Below are positions 38,901-48,245 of a stretch of DNA of 64,000 nt, piece after piece. Below the pieces are notes generated by a model. That model saw only the letters and a program-made list of their open reading frames with translations, had not been told where the DNA came from and did no database searches. Both the position numbers and the translations under genes were made by a program. Numbering within the stretch: the stretch's first letter is position 1; each line of letters opens with the position of its first letter. Source of the stretch: Anaerolineae bacterium (lineage in GTDB: Bacteria > Chloroflexota > Anaerolineae > Anaerolineales > UBA4823); assembly GCA_003130835.1 (NCBI GenBank), contig QEXX01000088.1, positions 16,715 through 80,714 on the forward strand, written 5' to 3'.

Positions 38901-39638
38901 CTATCCCAATCTGATGCGACGAAAGGCTTCTTCGTAACGTGGCTGCTCTTCAGTAGTATCCTTTGCGAATCGTTTTTTCATCCGCTCCCTTAGAGCTGCT
39001 TCGTCTGCAATTTGACTCCTGTGGAACAAGATAGCTTGGATCTTCCGTTCCCATAGAGATGTAACATCTAGGATCACATTCGGCTCTACCGCTAAACTTA
39101 CCCAGACCTCCCGCACAATATGGGGCTCAAGGCCCTCTTCTAGCAGTTCTGGGAAGTATAGATGATCACGGGCAGCCGGGAAAATAGCATCCACACACGC
39201 TTGGCCTGCAGCACGGTGATCGGGATGATTAATGCGCTCATCTCCAACAAAGAGCAATTGGGGGTCACAGGTGACAACCACATCCGGCTGTTCCTGGCGA
39301 ATGACACGCGTAATGGCTTTGCGCAGTTGTAAGTCAGGCACCAGATAGCCATCCGGAAAATCCAAAAAACGCACCTGCTGAACTCCTAAATGAGATGCAG
39401 CCTGCATTTGCTCTTGATGACGAATACCACACAATTGCTCCCCGCTTATCTGTCGATCATGGGTGCCTTTATCCCCACAGGTCAATAGACAATACGAAAC
39501 CTGATGTCCAGCATCTGTCCAGCGAGCAATCGTAGCACCACAGAAAAACTCCGGGTCATCGGGATGGGCTAAAATCACTAAAATTCGTTGGACGGTTTCC
39601 CAACCTTCTGGTTGAAGAATCTTAACCATCGCTTTCAT
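38901..39638 (-). CDS. PIG-L/LmbE family deacetylase
   Basis: AHPDDPEF, LTCGDKG, R..E, NHPDH, HRSQ; start set to ATG 39638. Confidence 0.9.
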   Translation of the reverse strand: MKAMVKILQPEGWETVQRILVILAHPDDPEFFCGATIARWTDAGHQVSYCLLTCGDKGTHDRQISGEQLCGIRHQEQMQAASHLGVQQVRFLDFPDGYLVPDLQLRKAITRVIRQEQPDVVVTCDPQLLFVGDERINHPDHRAAGQACVDAIFPAARDHLYFPELLEEGLEPHIVREVWVSLAVEPNVILDVTSLWERKIQAILFHRSQIADEAALRERMKKRFAKDTTEEQPRYEEAFRRIRLG

Positions 39639-39658
39639 GGATCCTTCTTGATGGGTCT

Positions 39659-40564
39659 TCACTTCCCACAAGCGCACCCCCCGTTTCCATTGGACTGACA
39701 GGGCGATTGGGCTTTCGCCTTCAATGCTTGCAATTCTTCCCAAGGTTCAAGTTGGTTAACCGGAAATTCTTTCTGGATTCCACTTGGAAACTCAACCACA
39801 ACGCTTAGTTTCAACGGGTACACATCGACAACTTTTCCCTCACCCTGCGGGGTGACCACCTGTTTGCCGCGTTTTGGTAATTGTTTGCGTGCCTCAACGT
39901 ATTGCTCATATTCATAGACCAAGCAGCAACGCAACCGTCCACACATGCCGGTAATCTCTGTGGGGGTGAGCGAAATCCCCTGTTCTTTTGCCATTTTGAT
40001 CGAGATCGGGCTGAACTCGGTCAGAAATTGTGAACAGCAACGATTTTCTAAGCCACAAGCCCCAAGTCCCCCCATCAACTTGGCGACATCGCGTGGACCA
40101 ATCAGTCGCCACTCGATATTGACCTTCGGATACATCTTCTGAATGGCATTCCGCAATCGCTTCAAGTCAACTTTTCCCTCCATCTCACTACTGTATAAGA
40201 TAGAGACCTTCTCACCATCAAAGCTGAATTCAGCCGCAACAATTTTCAAGCCGTGATAGCCGAGTTCCTTTGCTTTCTCACGGCAGTTCACGACGATTTC
40301 CATTTCTTTTTTCTGATAAATCTGGCGTAAAACCAGATCGCGTGGGGTTGCTTTTCGTTGGATGGTCTTCCAAGTCCCTTCTGGTGGAGGAGGTGGATCC
40401 GATATAAACGCTATGACCTGTCCCACCTGTCTCCCTCGACTGGTCTCCACGACAGCAAAGTCACCAATCTGGATATCGGGACAGGTACTGGCATTAAAGT
40501 GGTAAATTTTGCCTGCTTTTTGAAATCGAACACCAACAATTAGAGGTTTCGTCAGGACATCCAT
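39659..40564 (-). CDS. ricT: PSP1-domain protein, RicT/YaaT family
   Basis: VGVRFQKAGKIYHF, IGPRDVAK..GG.G.CG...CCS.FL, MAKEQ, G.CGRLRCCL.YE. Confidence 0.88.
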   Translation of the reverse strand: MDVLTKPLIVGVRFQKAGKIYHFNASTCPDIQIGDFAVVETSRGRQVGQVIAFISDPPPPPEGTWKTIQRKATPRDLVLRQIYQKKEMEIVVNCREKAKELGYHGLKIVAAEFSFDGEKVSILYSSEMEGKVDLKRLRNAIQKMYPKVNIEWRLIGPRDVAKLMGGLGACGLENRCCSQFLTEFSPISIKMAKEQGISLTPTEITGMCGRLRCCLVYEYEQYVEARKQLPKRGKQVVTPQGEGKVVDVYPLKLSVVVEFPSGIQKEFPVNQLEPWEELQALKAKAQSPCQSNGNGGCACGK

Positions 40565-40576
40565 ACCGCTATATTC

Positions 40577-41644
40577 CTAAGCCTTTAGCGCCGACCCAGT
40601 TAGGGCCGCAACGCTGAGCTTGGCTGCGATCTCCTCGCTAATTTGAATTAATGCCTTGGCAACTTGTGAATCGGGCCGGGAAATAACCACCGGCACACCA
40701 TTGTCACCGCTGATACGCACTTCTGGGTCAATAGGCACAGAGCCAATAAATGGAACGCCTGCTTGATCGGCTAACACTTTTCCACCCCCTGCTCCAAAAA
40801 TGTCCATCTTCTGACCATCTGGAAGCTCCAGGTAACTCATATTTTCAATCACGCCTAAGACCGGAACTTCCAATTGGCGGAACATTTCAATGCCCCGCCG
40901 TGCATCATCTAAGGAGACTTGCTGTGGCAGGGTTACAATGACACCCCCGCTGAGCGGCAAGGATTGCGATAAACTTAAGGCGGCATCGCCTGTACCAGGC
41001 GGTAAATCAACCACCAAATAGTCAAGCTCGCCCCAATCGACATCACTCAAGAATTGACGAATTGCGGAATGCAACATTGGGCCGCGCCAGATGAGGGGTT
41101 GATCAGCACGCACTAAAAATCCAATCGACATCAACTTGACCTGATAGGCTGCTGCGGGTAGGATTTTGTTTCCCTTTTGAGGCGGCAAGCGATTGACCCC
41201 CATCATGGTTGGGATGTTCGGGCCGTAAATATCTGCATCCAATAAGCCCACCCGAGCCCCTCGCTGAGCTAAGCAGACTGCTAGGTTCACTGCTATGGTG
41301 CTCTTTCCTACGCCTCCCTTTCCGGAACCCACTGCAATAGCATTCCGAATCGGCAATTCAATTAGAGACCTAACCCGACCATCACTTGGTACATTGGAGG
41401 TCATCTCAATTTTGACCTCTTGGACACCCTTTAGAGCTAAGACAGCTTGACGAGCTTCTTCTTCGATTTTACCGCGCAACGGACAGGCCGGTGTCGTCAG
41501 TTCAATCTTAAAGCTCACCCGCTTACCATCAATTTGGATATCCTTGATCATATTCAAACTAACCAAGTCACGATGCAACTCGGGTTCTTGCACATGACTG
41601 AGTGCTTCTAAAACTGCTTCTTTTGTAATCCTTTGCTCAACCAT
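40577..41644 (-). CDS. apbC: Mrp/NBP35 Fe-S cluster carrier ATPase
   Basis: N-terminal DUF59 (LTTPACP), SGKGGVGKST, DADIYGP, WRGPM, DLPPGTGD, ENMS. Confidence 0.93.
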   Translation of the reverse strand: MVEQRITKEAVLEALSHVQEPELHRDLVSLNMIKDIQIDGKRVSFKIELTTPACPLRGKIEEEARQAVLALKGVQEVKIEMTSNVPSDGRVRSLIELPIRNAIAVGSGKGGVGKSTIAVNLAVCLAQRGARVGLLDADIYGPNIPTMMGVNRLPPQKGNKILPAAAYQVKLMSIGFLVRADQPLIWRGPMLHSAIRQFLSDVDWGELDYLVVDLPPGTGDAALSLSQSLPLSGGVIVTLPQQVSLDDARRGIEMFRQLEVPVLGVIENMSYLELPDGQKMDIFGAGGGKVLADQAGVPFIGSVPIDPEVRISGDNGVPVVISRPDSQVAKALIQISEEIAAKLSVAALTGSALKA

Positions 41645-41741
41645 ATCTGATTTCCTTTTTTTTGATTCATTCCGAACACTTATTGTCCAAACCGATTAGA
41701 TGAGGATAGTATTGAACGCTGTACTCTTTCTTTGTTTAGGA

Positions 41742-42071
41742 TCATGATTCCTCTGTTTCTGATGGCATGAGCTGACTTGCCGCTAACTCATCCAAAGCCA
41801 TCTGATAGAGGGCAATCAATTCTTCATCACTGCCTCGAAACTTGCGGATCGTTTGTTTCGAGCATTGTTCACAGCCTTGATGCGCTCGCCAAGTATCACT
41901 ATGGCAAGTCATACAATTGGCTAAGCGTGCCATAAACAACACAAATGCCCTGCGTTCCCGATCACCGACCGGTTTATTCGAGATTTGCTCGATAAACTGT
42001 TGCCACTTCTCACCGCGTTGGGTCGCCAAGCATGGTATTAAACGCGGTGGAAACAACAACTCCGTATGCAT
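41742..42071 (-). CDS. Cys-rich hypothetical protein
   Basis: 109 aa in the operon run; CMTCH and GCEQC motifs; no signal peptide. Confidence 0.65.
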   Translation of the reverse strand: MHTELLFPPRLIPCLATQRGEKWQQFIEQISNKPVGDRERRAFVLFMARLANCMTCHSDTWRAHQGCEQCSKQTIRKFRGSDEELIALYQMALDELAASQLMPSETEES

Positions 42072-42092
42072 GGATGTGTTGATTCAAACGCC

Positions 42093-42710
42093 TTAACTCT
42101 CGGCAGAAGCTGTTTTCTTAGCTGCCTTTGCCGCTTCCGCTTCAGCACGCAGCGCTTCTTCTCGTTGATAATTGGTCGGACGGATTGAAGCATAATAGGA
42201 GAGCGGCTTACTCAGTTTTTCTTTATTATAAATGTTATGCGTATGTCGGTCGTAAACCGACAATTCGTAGTCATGATCCATCTTGATCGCATCAAAGGGG
42301 CAATACTCAGCGCAATAGCCGCAGTTCATGCATATATCTACATCGATATAAAATTCCTGCGGCTCAGGCACCGGACGTCCTGTCTTCGGATCGGTCGTTC
42401 GCACAATCCAAATACATTGGGGCGGACAAACCTTTGCGCAGATGCCACACGACGTACAACGGTGAAAAATGCTTCCATCTTCGTTTTCTTCGTAAACCAA
42501 GAATGGGATAAAGCGAAATTCCTCAGGGACAGGAACCTTTTCCTCCGGATATTGGATCGTGAACACGCCACTGGCTTCTTTGCTCATGCGATGGCGAATT
42601 CCATCTTCAGTATAATACCGCTTACCTAACCACTTGATGTCATCGATATAGGTACCGATAAACCTGCGGAGCGTTACTCCAAGACCTTTGAGAATGCCTA
42701 ATCCATCCAT
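42093..42710 (-). CDS. nuoI: NADH-quinone oxidoreductase subunit I
   Basis: TIQYPEE; two 4Fe-4S motifs CTSCGICAKVCP and CMNCGYCAEYCP. Confidence 0.9.
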   Translation of the reverse strand: MDGLGILKGLGVTLRRFIGTYIDDIKWLGKRYYTEDGIRHRMSKEASGVFTIQYPEEKVPVPEEFRFIPFLVYEENEDGSIFHRCTSCGICAKVCPPQCIWIVRTTDPKTGRPVPEPQEFYIDVDICMNCGYCAEYCPFDAIKMDHDYELSVYDRHTHNIYNKEKLSKPLSYYASIRPTNYQREEALRAEAEAAKAAKKTASAES

Positions 42711-42731
42711 GACACTACTCCACTCCCATCA

Positions 42732-44489
42732 TTAGCGATCTAATTCACCTAAAACGATATCAATCGAACCCAATATGGCAACCGCATCGGCAACTTTGTT
42801 GCCTTTCGCCATGGTTTCCAATGCCGTGATGTTGACAAAAGATGGTGCACGAACATGATATCGCCACGGATTAGGTTTTCCATTGGAAACCACATAATAC
42901 CCCAACTCTCCTTTCGGAGCTTCTACCCGACCATAGGCTTCGCCCGGAGGAACTCGCACCTGGTACTGCGGTTTGCCGGCCTGAATTGGACCTTCTGGGA
43001 GATCACGAATGGCTTGTTGGAGAATGCGGATGCTTTGGCGGATTTCATCCATGCGCACGAGATAACGGTCGTACACATCGCCATGGTAGCGCACTGCTAC
43101 GTCGAACTCAAACCGATCGTAAATGCTATAGGGATCCGCGCGACGGATATCATACGGCACACCAGAAGCTCTTAGCAAAGGACCGCTTGCAGAATAGGCA
43201 ATTGCTTGCTCAGGGGTCAAGACACCCACCCCCTCACAGCGAGCGCGGATAATTTCATTATTTGTCAGGTACAAATCGAGCTCATCAATCCGCCGTGGCA
43301 ACCTCTCGTACACAAGGTCACGCATTTTCTCATAGACGCCTTCTGGCAAATCCCGTGCAACCCCTCCAAAACGGAAGTAATTACACATCATCCGTGAACC
43401 AGCTACCGCCTCGAAGATGTCCAAGATTAATTCTCGCTCCTCAATGGCGTATAACATCGGGGTAAAGTAAGCCCCCAAATCGTTGAGCAGTGATCCAATG
43501 GCGAAGAGGTGATTGCTGATCCGAGTGAATTCCGCCATAATCACCCGCAAGTATTCAGCTCTCTCTGGGGGTTTGATGCCCATCAATTTTTCGACCGCTA
43601 TAGCATAACCGAAATTGTTGCTCATTGAGGACAGATAGTCCAAGCGGTCTGTAAAGGGCATGTTCATTAGGTAGGTATTCCGCTCGCCAATCTTTTCATG
43701 GTTGCGATGTAGATACCCCATGACCGGCTTCAACGCTCGAATCGTCTCGCCCTCCAGCAAAACCACCATACGGAATACCCCATGCGTCGAGGGATGTTGA
43801 GGGCCCAAATTGACAATCAGAGTATCCGTCTTGAGCGAAGAATCCGAAAGGCTAGATTGGATTTTGGTCAAACTAGCATAGAGAGAGGAATCGTTATCGG
43901 GAATCCATTTATCTGGGTCAAAATCGGCGGGATAATCGACGTTTTTATGAAATGGATTTTTATCCTCGATCCGGTAGACATGTCCATCTGGCCAGCGGCT
44001 CTTAAAGGGTTTTGCGTCCTCCTCATAATAAGGTTCACGCCAATCCTTGCGTAACGGGTGGCCTGCAAATCCTTCCCACATCAAGATGCGCCGCAAGTCC
44101 GGATGGCCTTCGTAGCGAATGCCCAATAAATCCCACGCTTCTCTCTCTTGGAACTCTGCGCCCGGATAGAGCGAGACCAGAGACGGAACAACTGCTTGAT
44201 CACGGGGCGTTTGCACCTTTAGAACCAGCGCAGGTCCGCCAATCGTGCGGTAAAAGTGATAGACCGATTCCATCAAGCCATCTGGAAGATAATCTACGCC
44301 TGTCACCGAAGAGAGGTAGTCATATCCCATCTCATCACGCACGGTCTTGGCAACATCGAGTAACGCCTCTGCCTTGACGATATATCCCTCATACCCCTTG
44401 CGTTCATCTCGCTTTACGGATTCAGGAAATCTTTCGGTTAAGTCCATCTCTGTCAACACTACTTGTTCGGTCATTTTCCCTTTCTCCAT
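42732..44489 (-). CDS. nuoCD: NADH-quinone oxidoreductase fused subunit C/D
   Basis: NuoC EREAWDLLGI.Y.GHPDLRRI..GHPLRKD; NuoD NLGPQHPSTHGV, GYLHR..EK, EAPKGELG, DIVLGELDR; no NiFe CxxC motifs. Confidence 0.93.
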   Translation of the reverse strand: MEKGKMTEQVVLTEMDLTERFPESVKRDERKGYEGYIVKAEALLDVAKTVRDEMGYDYLSSVTGVDYLPDGLMESVYHFYRTIGGPALVLKVQTPRDQAVVPSLVSLYPGAEFQEREAWDLLGIRYEGHPDLRRILMWEGFAGHPLRKDWREPYYEEDAKPFKSRWPDGHVYRIEDKNPFHKNVDYPADFDPDKWIPDNDSSLYASLTKIQSSLSDSSLKTDTLIVNLGPQHPSTHGVFRMVVLLEGETIRALKPVMGYLHRNHEKIGERNTYLMNMPFTDRLDYLSSMSNNFGYAIAVEKLMGIKPPERAEYLRVIMAEFTRISNHLFAIGSLLNDLGAYFTPMLYAIEERELILDIFEAVAGSRMMCNYFRFGGVARDLPEGVYEKMRDLVYERLPRRIDELDLYLTNNEIIRARCEGVGVLTPEQAIAYSASGPLLRASGVPYDIRRADPYSIYDRFEFDVAVRYHGDVYDRYLVRMDEIRQSIRILQQAIRDLPEGPIQAGKPQYQVRVPPGEAYGRVEAPKGELGYYVVSNGKPNPWRYHVRAPSFVNITALETMAKGNKVADAVAILGSIDIVLGELDR

Positions 44490-44490
44490 C

Positions 44491-45159
44491 TTATGCAGGA
44501 TTTACCCCTTCTTGCGCCGTAGCTTCGGCTTGACCTTCCATCGATTTTTTCTGAGAGTACTCGCGGATTAATTCATACTCCCGCGGGTCCATAATATCCG
44601 GGCCTAAAACAGGCACCGGAATCACTTCTGAGACCCCTTTCTTATACCAGCGCGCCTCCCGTAACGTTTGATTGTCGATCTTCTTTTGAAGTGTAATCAA
44701 TCCATGCAGCAGAGCCTGCGGTGTCGGAGGACAACCTGGAATGTACACATCAACAGGAATATAGTTGTCGATTCCAGAGACAACATTGTAGCCTTCCTTG
44801 AAAGGCCCTCCTCCAGAAGCACAGGCGCCCATGGCAACCACATATTTGGGTTCGGGCATCTGGTTATATAACCGGACGATCTGCGGAACCATCTTCTTGG
44901 TCACTGTGCCGGATACCAGCAGTAGATCTGCTTGGCGTGGACTCGGCCGCATCACTTCCATCCCGAAACGAGCAAAATCAAAGCGGCTGGCAGCCGTGCA
45001 GATCATTTCAATCGCGCAGCAAGCTAAACCAAACATCATCGGCCAGATAGAAGACCGCCGACTCCAGTTGTAGATGCGGTCAATAGTTGTCACAGCAACT
45101 TGATTTTTAATCTCCGGGGGTATTTCGTAACCGGGCTTATTGAGTTCAGTGTCTGTCAT
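44491..45159 (-). CDS. nuoB: NADH-quinone oxidoreductase subunit B
   Basis: [35 protein letters not shown]. Confidence 0.96.
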   Translation of the reverse strand: MTDTELNKPGYEIPPEIKNQVAVTTIDRIYNWSRRSSIWPMMFGLACCAIEMICTAASRFDFARFGMEVMRPSPRQADLLLVSGTVTKKMVPQIVRLYNQMPEPKYVVAMGACASGGGPFKEGYNVVSGIDNYIPVDVYIPGCPPTPQALLHGLITLQKKIDNQTLREARWYKKGVSEVIPVPVLGPDIMDPREYELIREYSQKKSMEGQAEATAQEGVNPA

Positions 45160-45371
45160 GGATTGACCTCCTCATACCAAGTATTGAAGATTTGGAGCAA
45201 AATATCATCGTTGACAATCGAAGGATCATCGTCAAACTCTGCCAATGCTAAAATCCACTCGCACAAAGTTCCCAAAGAAAGACTCTCAAAATTTACAGAA
45301 GGATGGCTTCGTTTCAAACATTGCACGATCCCAAAGGTATCATCCCAGTTCAATCTTTCTTCTACAGCCAT
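45156..45371 (-). CDS. iscX: Fe-S cluster assembly protein IscX (YfhJ)
   Basis: LNWDD..I...L...HP, WI..L.EFDDDP..N..IL..I...W.EE closely matches the IscX pattern. True start is probably ATG 45371 (or 45380), not the 123-aa track ORF. Confidence 0.85.
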   Translation of the reverse strand: MAVEERLNWDDTFGIVQCLKRSHPSVNFESLSLGTLCEWILALAEFDDDPSIVNDDILLQIFNTWYEEVNP

Positions 45372-45378
45372 TAGCGCC

Positions 45379-45407
45379 ATTATAATCGGGTCATAGGATT
45401 TGGTCAA
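45379..45407 (-). promoter_or_regulatory. Sigma70 promoter of iscX-nuo operon (probably leaderless)
   Basis: TTGACC-17-TATAAT, then 7 nt to ATG 45371; no SD. Confidence 0.75.
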
Positions 45408-45430
45408 GCTAGAATATAGCAAATATATAT

Positions 45431-45459
45431 TTGCGTTAATGACCTGGTTGAGATATAAT
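45431..45459 (+). promoter_or_regulatory. Sigma70 promoter of SufR-like regulator (probably leaderless)
   Basis: TTGCGT-17-TATAAT, then 7 nt to ATG 45467; no SD. Confidence 0.72.
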
Positions 45460-45466
45460 ACGAACG

Positions 45467-46090
45467 ATGGCGCCAACACGCACGAAAATTCTTGCTTTCT
45501 TAGAAAAACGAGGGTCTGCTTCCGCAATAGAATTGAGCCATGCCCTGCAATTGACCCCTGCCAACATCCGTCATCACCTACGGGTCTTGCAAAAAGAAGG
45601 GGTGGTCATTGCCATCCGTGTCGATCGTACCCACGAACGCGGTCGCCCTGCCTATTTATTTGCCCTTCGTGAACAACAAAAAGCTCACAACCTTGACCGT
45701 TTGTGTGGTGCATTCCTGCAACACTTGCGCGCCGCAGCCTCGCCGCATGAAAAAGACTCCGTGCTTCGTTCCATTGCCCAACAAATGGCGGCGATGAAAC
45801 CAACTTCTCCCGCGCTGAACCTCACCCAAAGATTAATGGCTACCATGAAAACCCTAAACGAGATGTCTTACAAAGCAAGTTGGGAAGCACACCGCGAGTC
45901 TCCAACCATTAAGTTTGCTCATTGCCCTTATGCATCCATCATAGATTCTTTTCCAGAACTCTGTCAAATCGATCAATATCTCCTAGAAGCTCTGATGCAA
46001 TGCTCAATCGAAACTGTATCCACACAAGAGAGCACCCCGACAGGGGAGTTTATCTGTCGTTTTCGCTTACGGCAGCCCAAACCATCGTAA
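45467..46090 (+). CDS. SufR-like winged-HTH transcriptional regulator
   Basis: HTH (ELSHALQLTPANIRHHLRVL..EG), RGRP, and C-terminal HCPY-x9-LC...C metal/Fe-S ligand pattern. Confidence 0.78.
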   Translation: MAPTRTKILAFLEKRGSASAIELSHALQLTPANIRHHLRVLQKEGVVIAIRVDRTHERGRPAYLFALREQQKAHNLDRLCGAFLQHLRAAASPHEKDSVLRSIAQQMAAMKPTSPALNLTQRLMATMKTLNEMSYKASWEAHRESPTIKFAHCPYASIIDSFPELCQIDQYLLEALMQCSIETVSTQESTPTGEFICRFRLRQPKPS

Positions 46091-46243
46091 TCAGACCCGA
46101 CTTCTTCTGATAAAAACCACCTTCAAGCCCTTTTTTACGGCTGATTGATTGCCAACCAACTAGAATGAATCCCTGACCACTTTCTTTGGTAGAATCTAGC
46201 CAAACTTTTTCCCAACCCAACCACTGGACTGATTCAATATCGA

Positions 46244-46690
46244 ATGGGATTTACCGCCATGAAACAAACGCAAAAACGGAAGCGAATGCCATTCCAGGCC
46301 GATCTTGGGCAGATAAAAAGGTTATTGTATTTCCCCATCACCCTGCTGATGCTAGCCGCCTGTGCCTCCTCTGCCAATTTACCGAATCAGGTGATCGAAG
46401 CTTATTATCAAGCCCTAACCCTGAAAGACTTAAACACCATGATCTCTCTAGCTTGCCCAGAATGGGAGGAGCAAGCCCGCAATGAATACAACTCCTTTGG
46501 GGCAGTAACCACGCAATTGCAAGACCTGAAATGTGAAACCGCCTCGCAGGATCAATCCAAAGCATTAGTCACTTGTCGCGGCAAGATTATTGCCAATTAT
46601 GAGAATGAAGTATTAGAAATCGACTTATCCAAACTTAAATTTCAAGTTGTTCAACGAGGCGGGAATTGGTTGTTTTGCGGTTACCCCTAA
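46244..46690 (+). CDS. Lipoprotein of unknown function (NTF2-like)
   Basis: Lipobox LAAC, four further Cys, C-terminal W.FCGY; real start may lie downstream. Confidence 0.65.
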   Translation: MGFTAMKQTQKRKRMPFQADLGQIKRLLYFPITLLMLAACASSANLPNQVIEAYYQALTLKDLNTMISLACPEWEEQARNEYNSFGAVTTQLQDLKCETASQDQSKALVTCRGKIIANYENEVLEIDLSKLKFQVVQRGGNWLFCGYP

Positions 46691-46719
46691 TCCATGTAGC
46701 CTCCTATTAGAGAGCATCC

Positions 46720-46839
46720 ATGTTATCCAAACTCTTCTCAAAAGAAAATCTTTATGCTATCCTGCTTTGTCTGATGTTAATCGCTTTAATTGTGTTAACA
46801 GCCGATACCGCCCCCGTCTGGATTTACCAGGGGTTTTAG
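46720..46839 (+). CDS. DltX-like small membrane protein (39 aa, absent from ORF track)
   Basis: Translates as MLSKLFSKENLYAILLCLMLIALIVLTADTAPVWIYQGF; one TM helix; C-terminal WIYQGF; TAG directly abuts the MBOAT ATG. Confidence 0.82.
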   Translation: MLSKLFSKENLYAILLCLMLIALIVLTADTAPVWIYQGF

Positions 46840-48240
46840 ATGTCCATCCAACAAGTCCTATTATTAGTCTTCCTGGCTTTCCTGTGTGGAAGAGTCAAGA
46901 ACCACCGCATCCGTAATTTCCTCCTCATCGTCTCAAGTTTCGTAATTTTCTATCGCTTTCAAACTGCAACCCCCATCTTCTTTCTCGATTTTTGGTTACC
47001 CACATTCGCTATCCTCATGGCTCTTACCGTGTGGGCAGCTACGCAAACCAGCCTTAAGAAGGCACTTAAGGACAATCTTCAAACTCTAGTCATTGCGCTG
47101 CTCGTTATTTCTCTAATCTCCGCCAATCGCTATTTGACCCTTTGCTGCATCACTGCCACACGTCCTCCTCATCTCTGGGTTGTCCTTTCATTTATTGTCA
47201 TTTTTTTTATCCTATTGGCAGTATTTGTCCTGGCAATTCCCCATGGGACTCGGCTTGGATTGTTGATCATAGCCTTCATCGCTATCTTCGTCGTCCTAAA
47301 GACACCTGAGTTTTCTCTCCTGCTCAGCAAAGTGCTCCGTTGGATCAATCAACAAGACCCTCGCTTCAGTTCACCAAATGATTTGGTTTGGCTGGGAATC
47401 TCCTATATTCTTTTTCGTTTGCTTCACCTTCTGTTCGATAGTCGCGCGGGCAGACTACCTCCTGCAAATTTGGCTGAGACCCTCTGCTATATCTTTTTCT
47501 TTCCCGCCTTGGTTGCCGGGCCGATTGCTCGCTTTCCCCAATTTCAGGCGGAGTTAAAGAAATCCCCACAACTCGAAGAGGTCGTTGAGGGGATGCAACG
47601 AGTCTTCATCGGTTTGTTTCGGAAATTTGTGCTTGCGGATAGCTTAGCTTTGCTCTCTCTTTCACCCCAAAACGCCCCCCTGATTCAATCCTCTATCTAT
47701 TTGTGGACAGCTTTACTTGCTTACTCGCTGAGGATTTATTTTGACTTTAGCGGCTACACCGACATTGCTATCGGCAGTGCACGCCTGATGGGCATCCGTC
47801 TTCCCGAGAACTTCAACGCGCCTTACTTAAAAACTAATCTCATCCAATTTTGGAGTAGTTGGCATATCACCCTAGCCGATTGGTTTCGTTCCTATGTATT
47901 CAATCCACTTGCTCGCAAACTACGCCTCAATTCAGCTATGCCATCCTGGCTAACCATTCTCATCCCTCAGCTTTCCACGATGCTGCTTATTGGCTTGTGG
48001 CATGGCATTTCTCCAAATTTTTTCCTCTGGGGGGCGTGGCATGGCGTCGGATTATTTCTTAACAACCGTTGGACTAGTCTGAGAAAATCTGCTCCCAGCT
48101 CTCGCTTCCAAGCTTTACAAAGTTTCTTCGGCTGGGGATTGACATTTGCTTTTGTCACGCTCGGATGGGTCTGGTTTTTGATGCCCACTTTTGACGGCGC
48201 TATAGAAACCTTTCGCAAACTCTTAGGGTTTGGGTTATAA
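46840..48240 (+). CDS. MBOAT O-acyltransferase (DltB/AlgI family)
   Basis: LGISYILFR, FFPALVAGPI, YFDFSGYTDIA, ENFNAPY, FWSSWHITL, GLWHG (catalytic His). Confidence 0.94.
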   Translation: MSIQQVLLLVFLAFLCGRVKNHRIRNFLLIVSSFVIFYRFQTATPIFFLDFWLPTFAILMALTVWAATQTSLKKALKDNLQTLVIALLVISLISANRYLTLCCITATRPPHLWVVLSFIVIFFILLAVFVLAIPHGTRLGLLIIAFIAIFVVLKTPEFSLLLSKVLRWINQQDPRFSSPNDLVWLGISYILFRLLHLLFDSRAGRLPPANLAETLCYIFFFPALVAGPIARFPQFQAELKKSPQLEEVVEGMQRVFIGLFRKFVLADSLALLSLSPQNAPLIQSSIYLWTALLAYSLRIYFDFSGYTDIAIGSARLMGIRLPENFNAPYLKTNLIQFWSSWHITLADWFRSYVFNPLARKLRLNSAMPSWLTILIPQLSTMLLIGLWHGISPNFFLWGAWHGVGLFLNNRWTSLRKSAPSSRFQALQSFFGWGLTFAFVTLGWVWFLMPTFDGAIETFRKLLGFGL

Positions 48241-48245
48241 AGACT

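Noticed and set aside
41742-42071. c-type cytochrome call from the CxxCH motif
   Set aside because: No signal peptide or TM anchor, and a second CxxC suggests cytoplasmic metal binding instead.
42732-45159. Group 4 [NiFe]-hydrogenase
   Set aside because: The large subunit lacks both Ni-binding CxxC motifs (ends DIVLGELDR), and NuoB has the adjacent CC of complex I.
45372-45527. N-terminal extension of the 123-aa track ORF 45156..45527
   Set aside because: It overlaps the divergent regulator and both promoters; IscX similarity begins only at about 45371.
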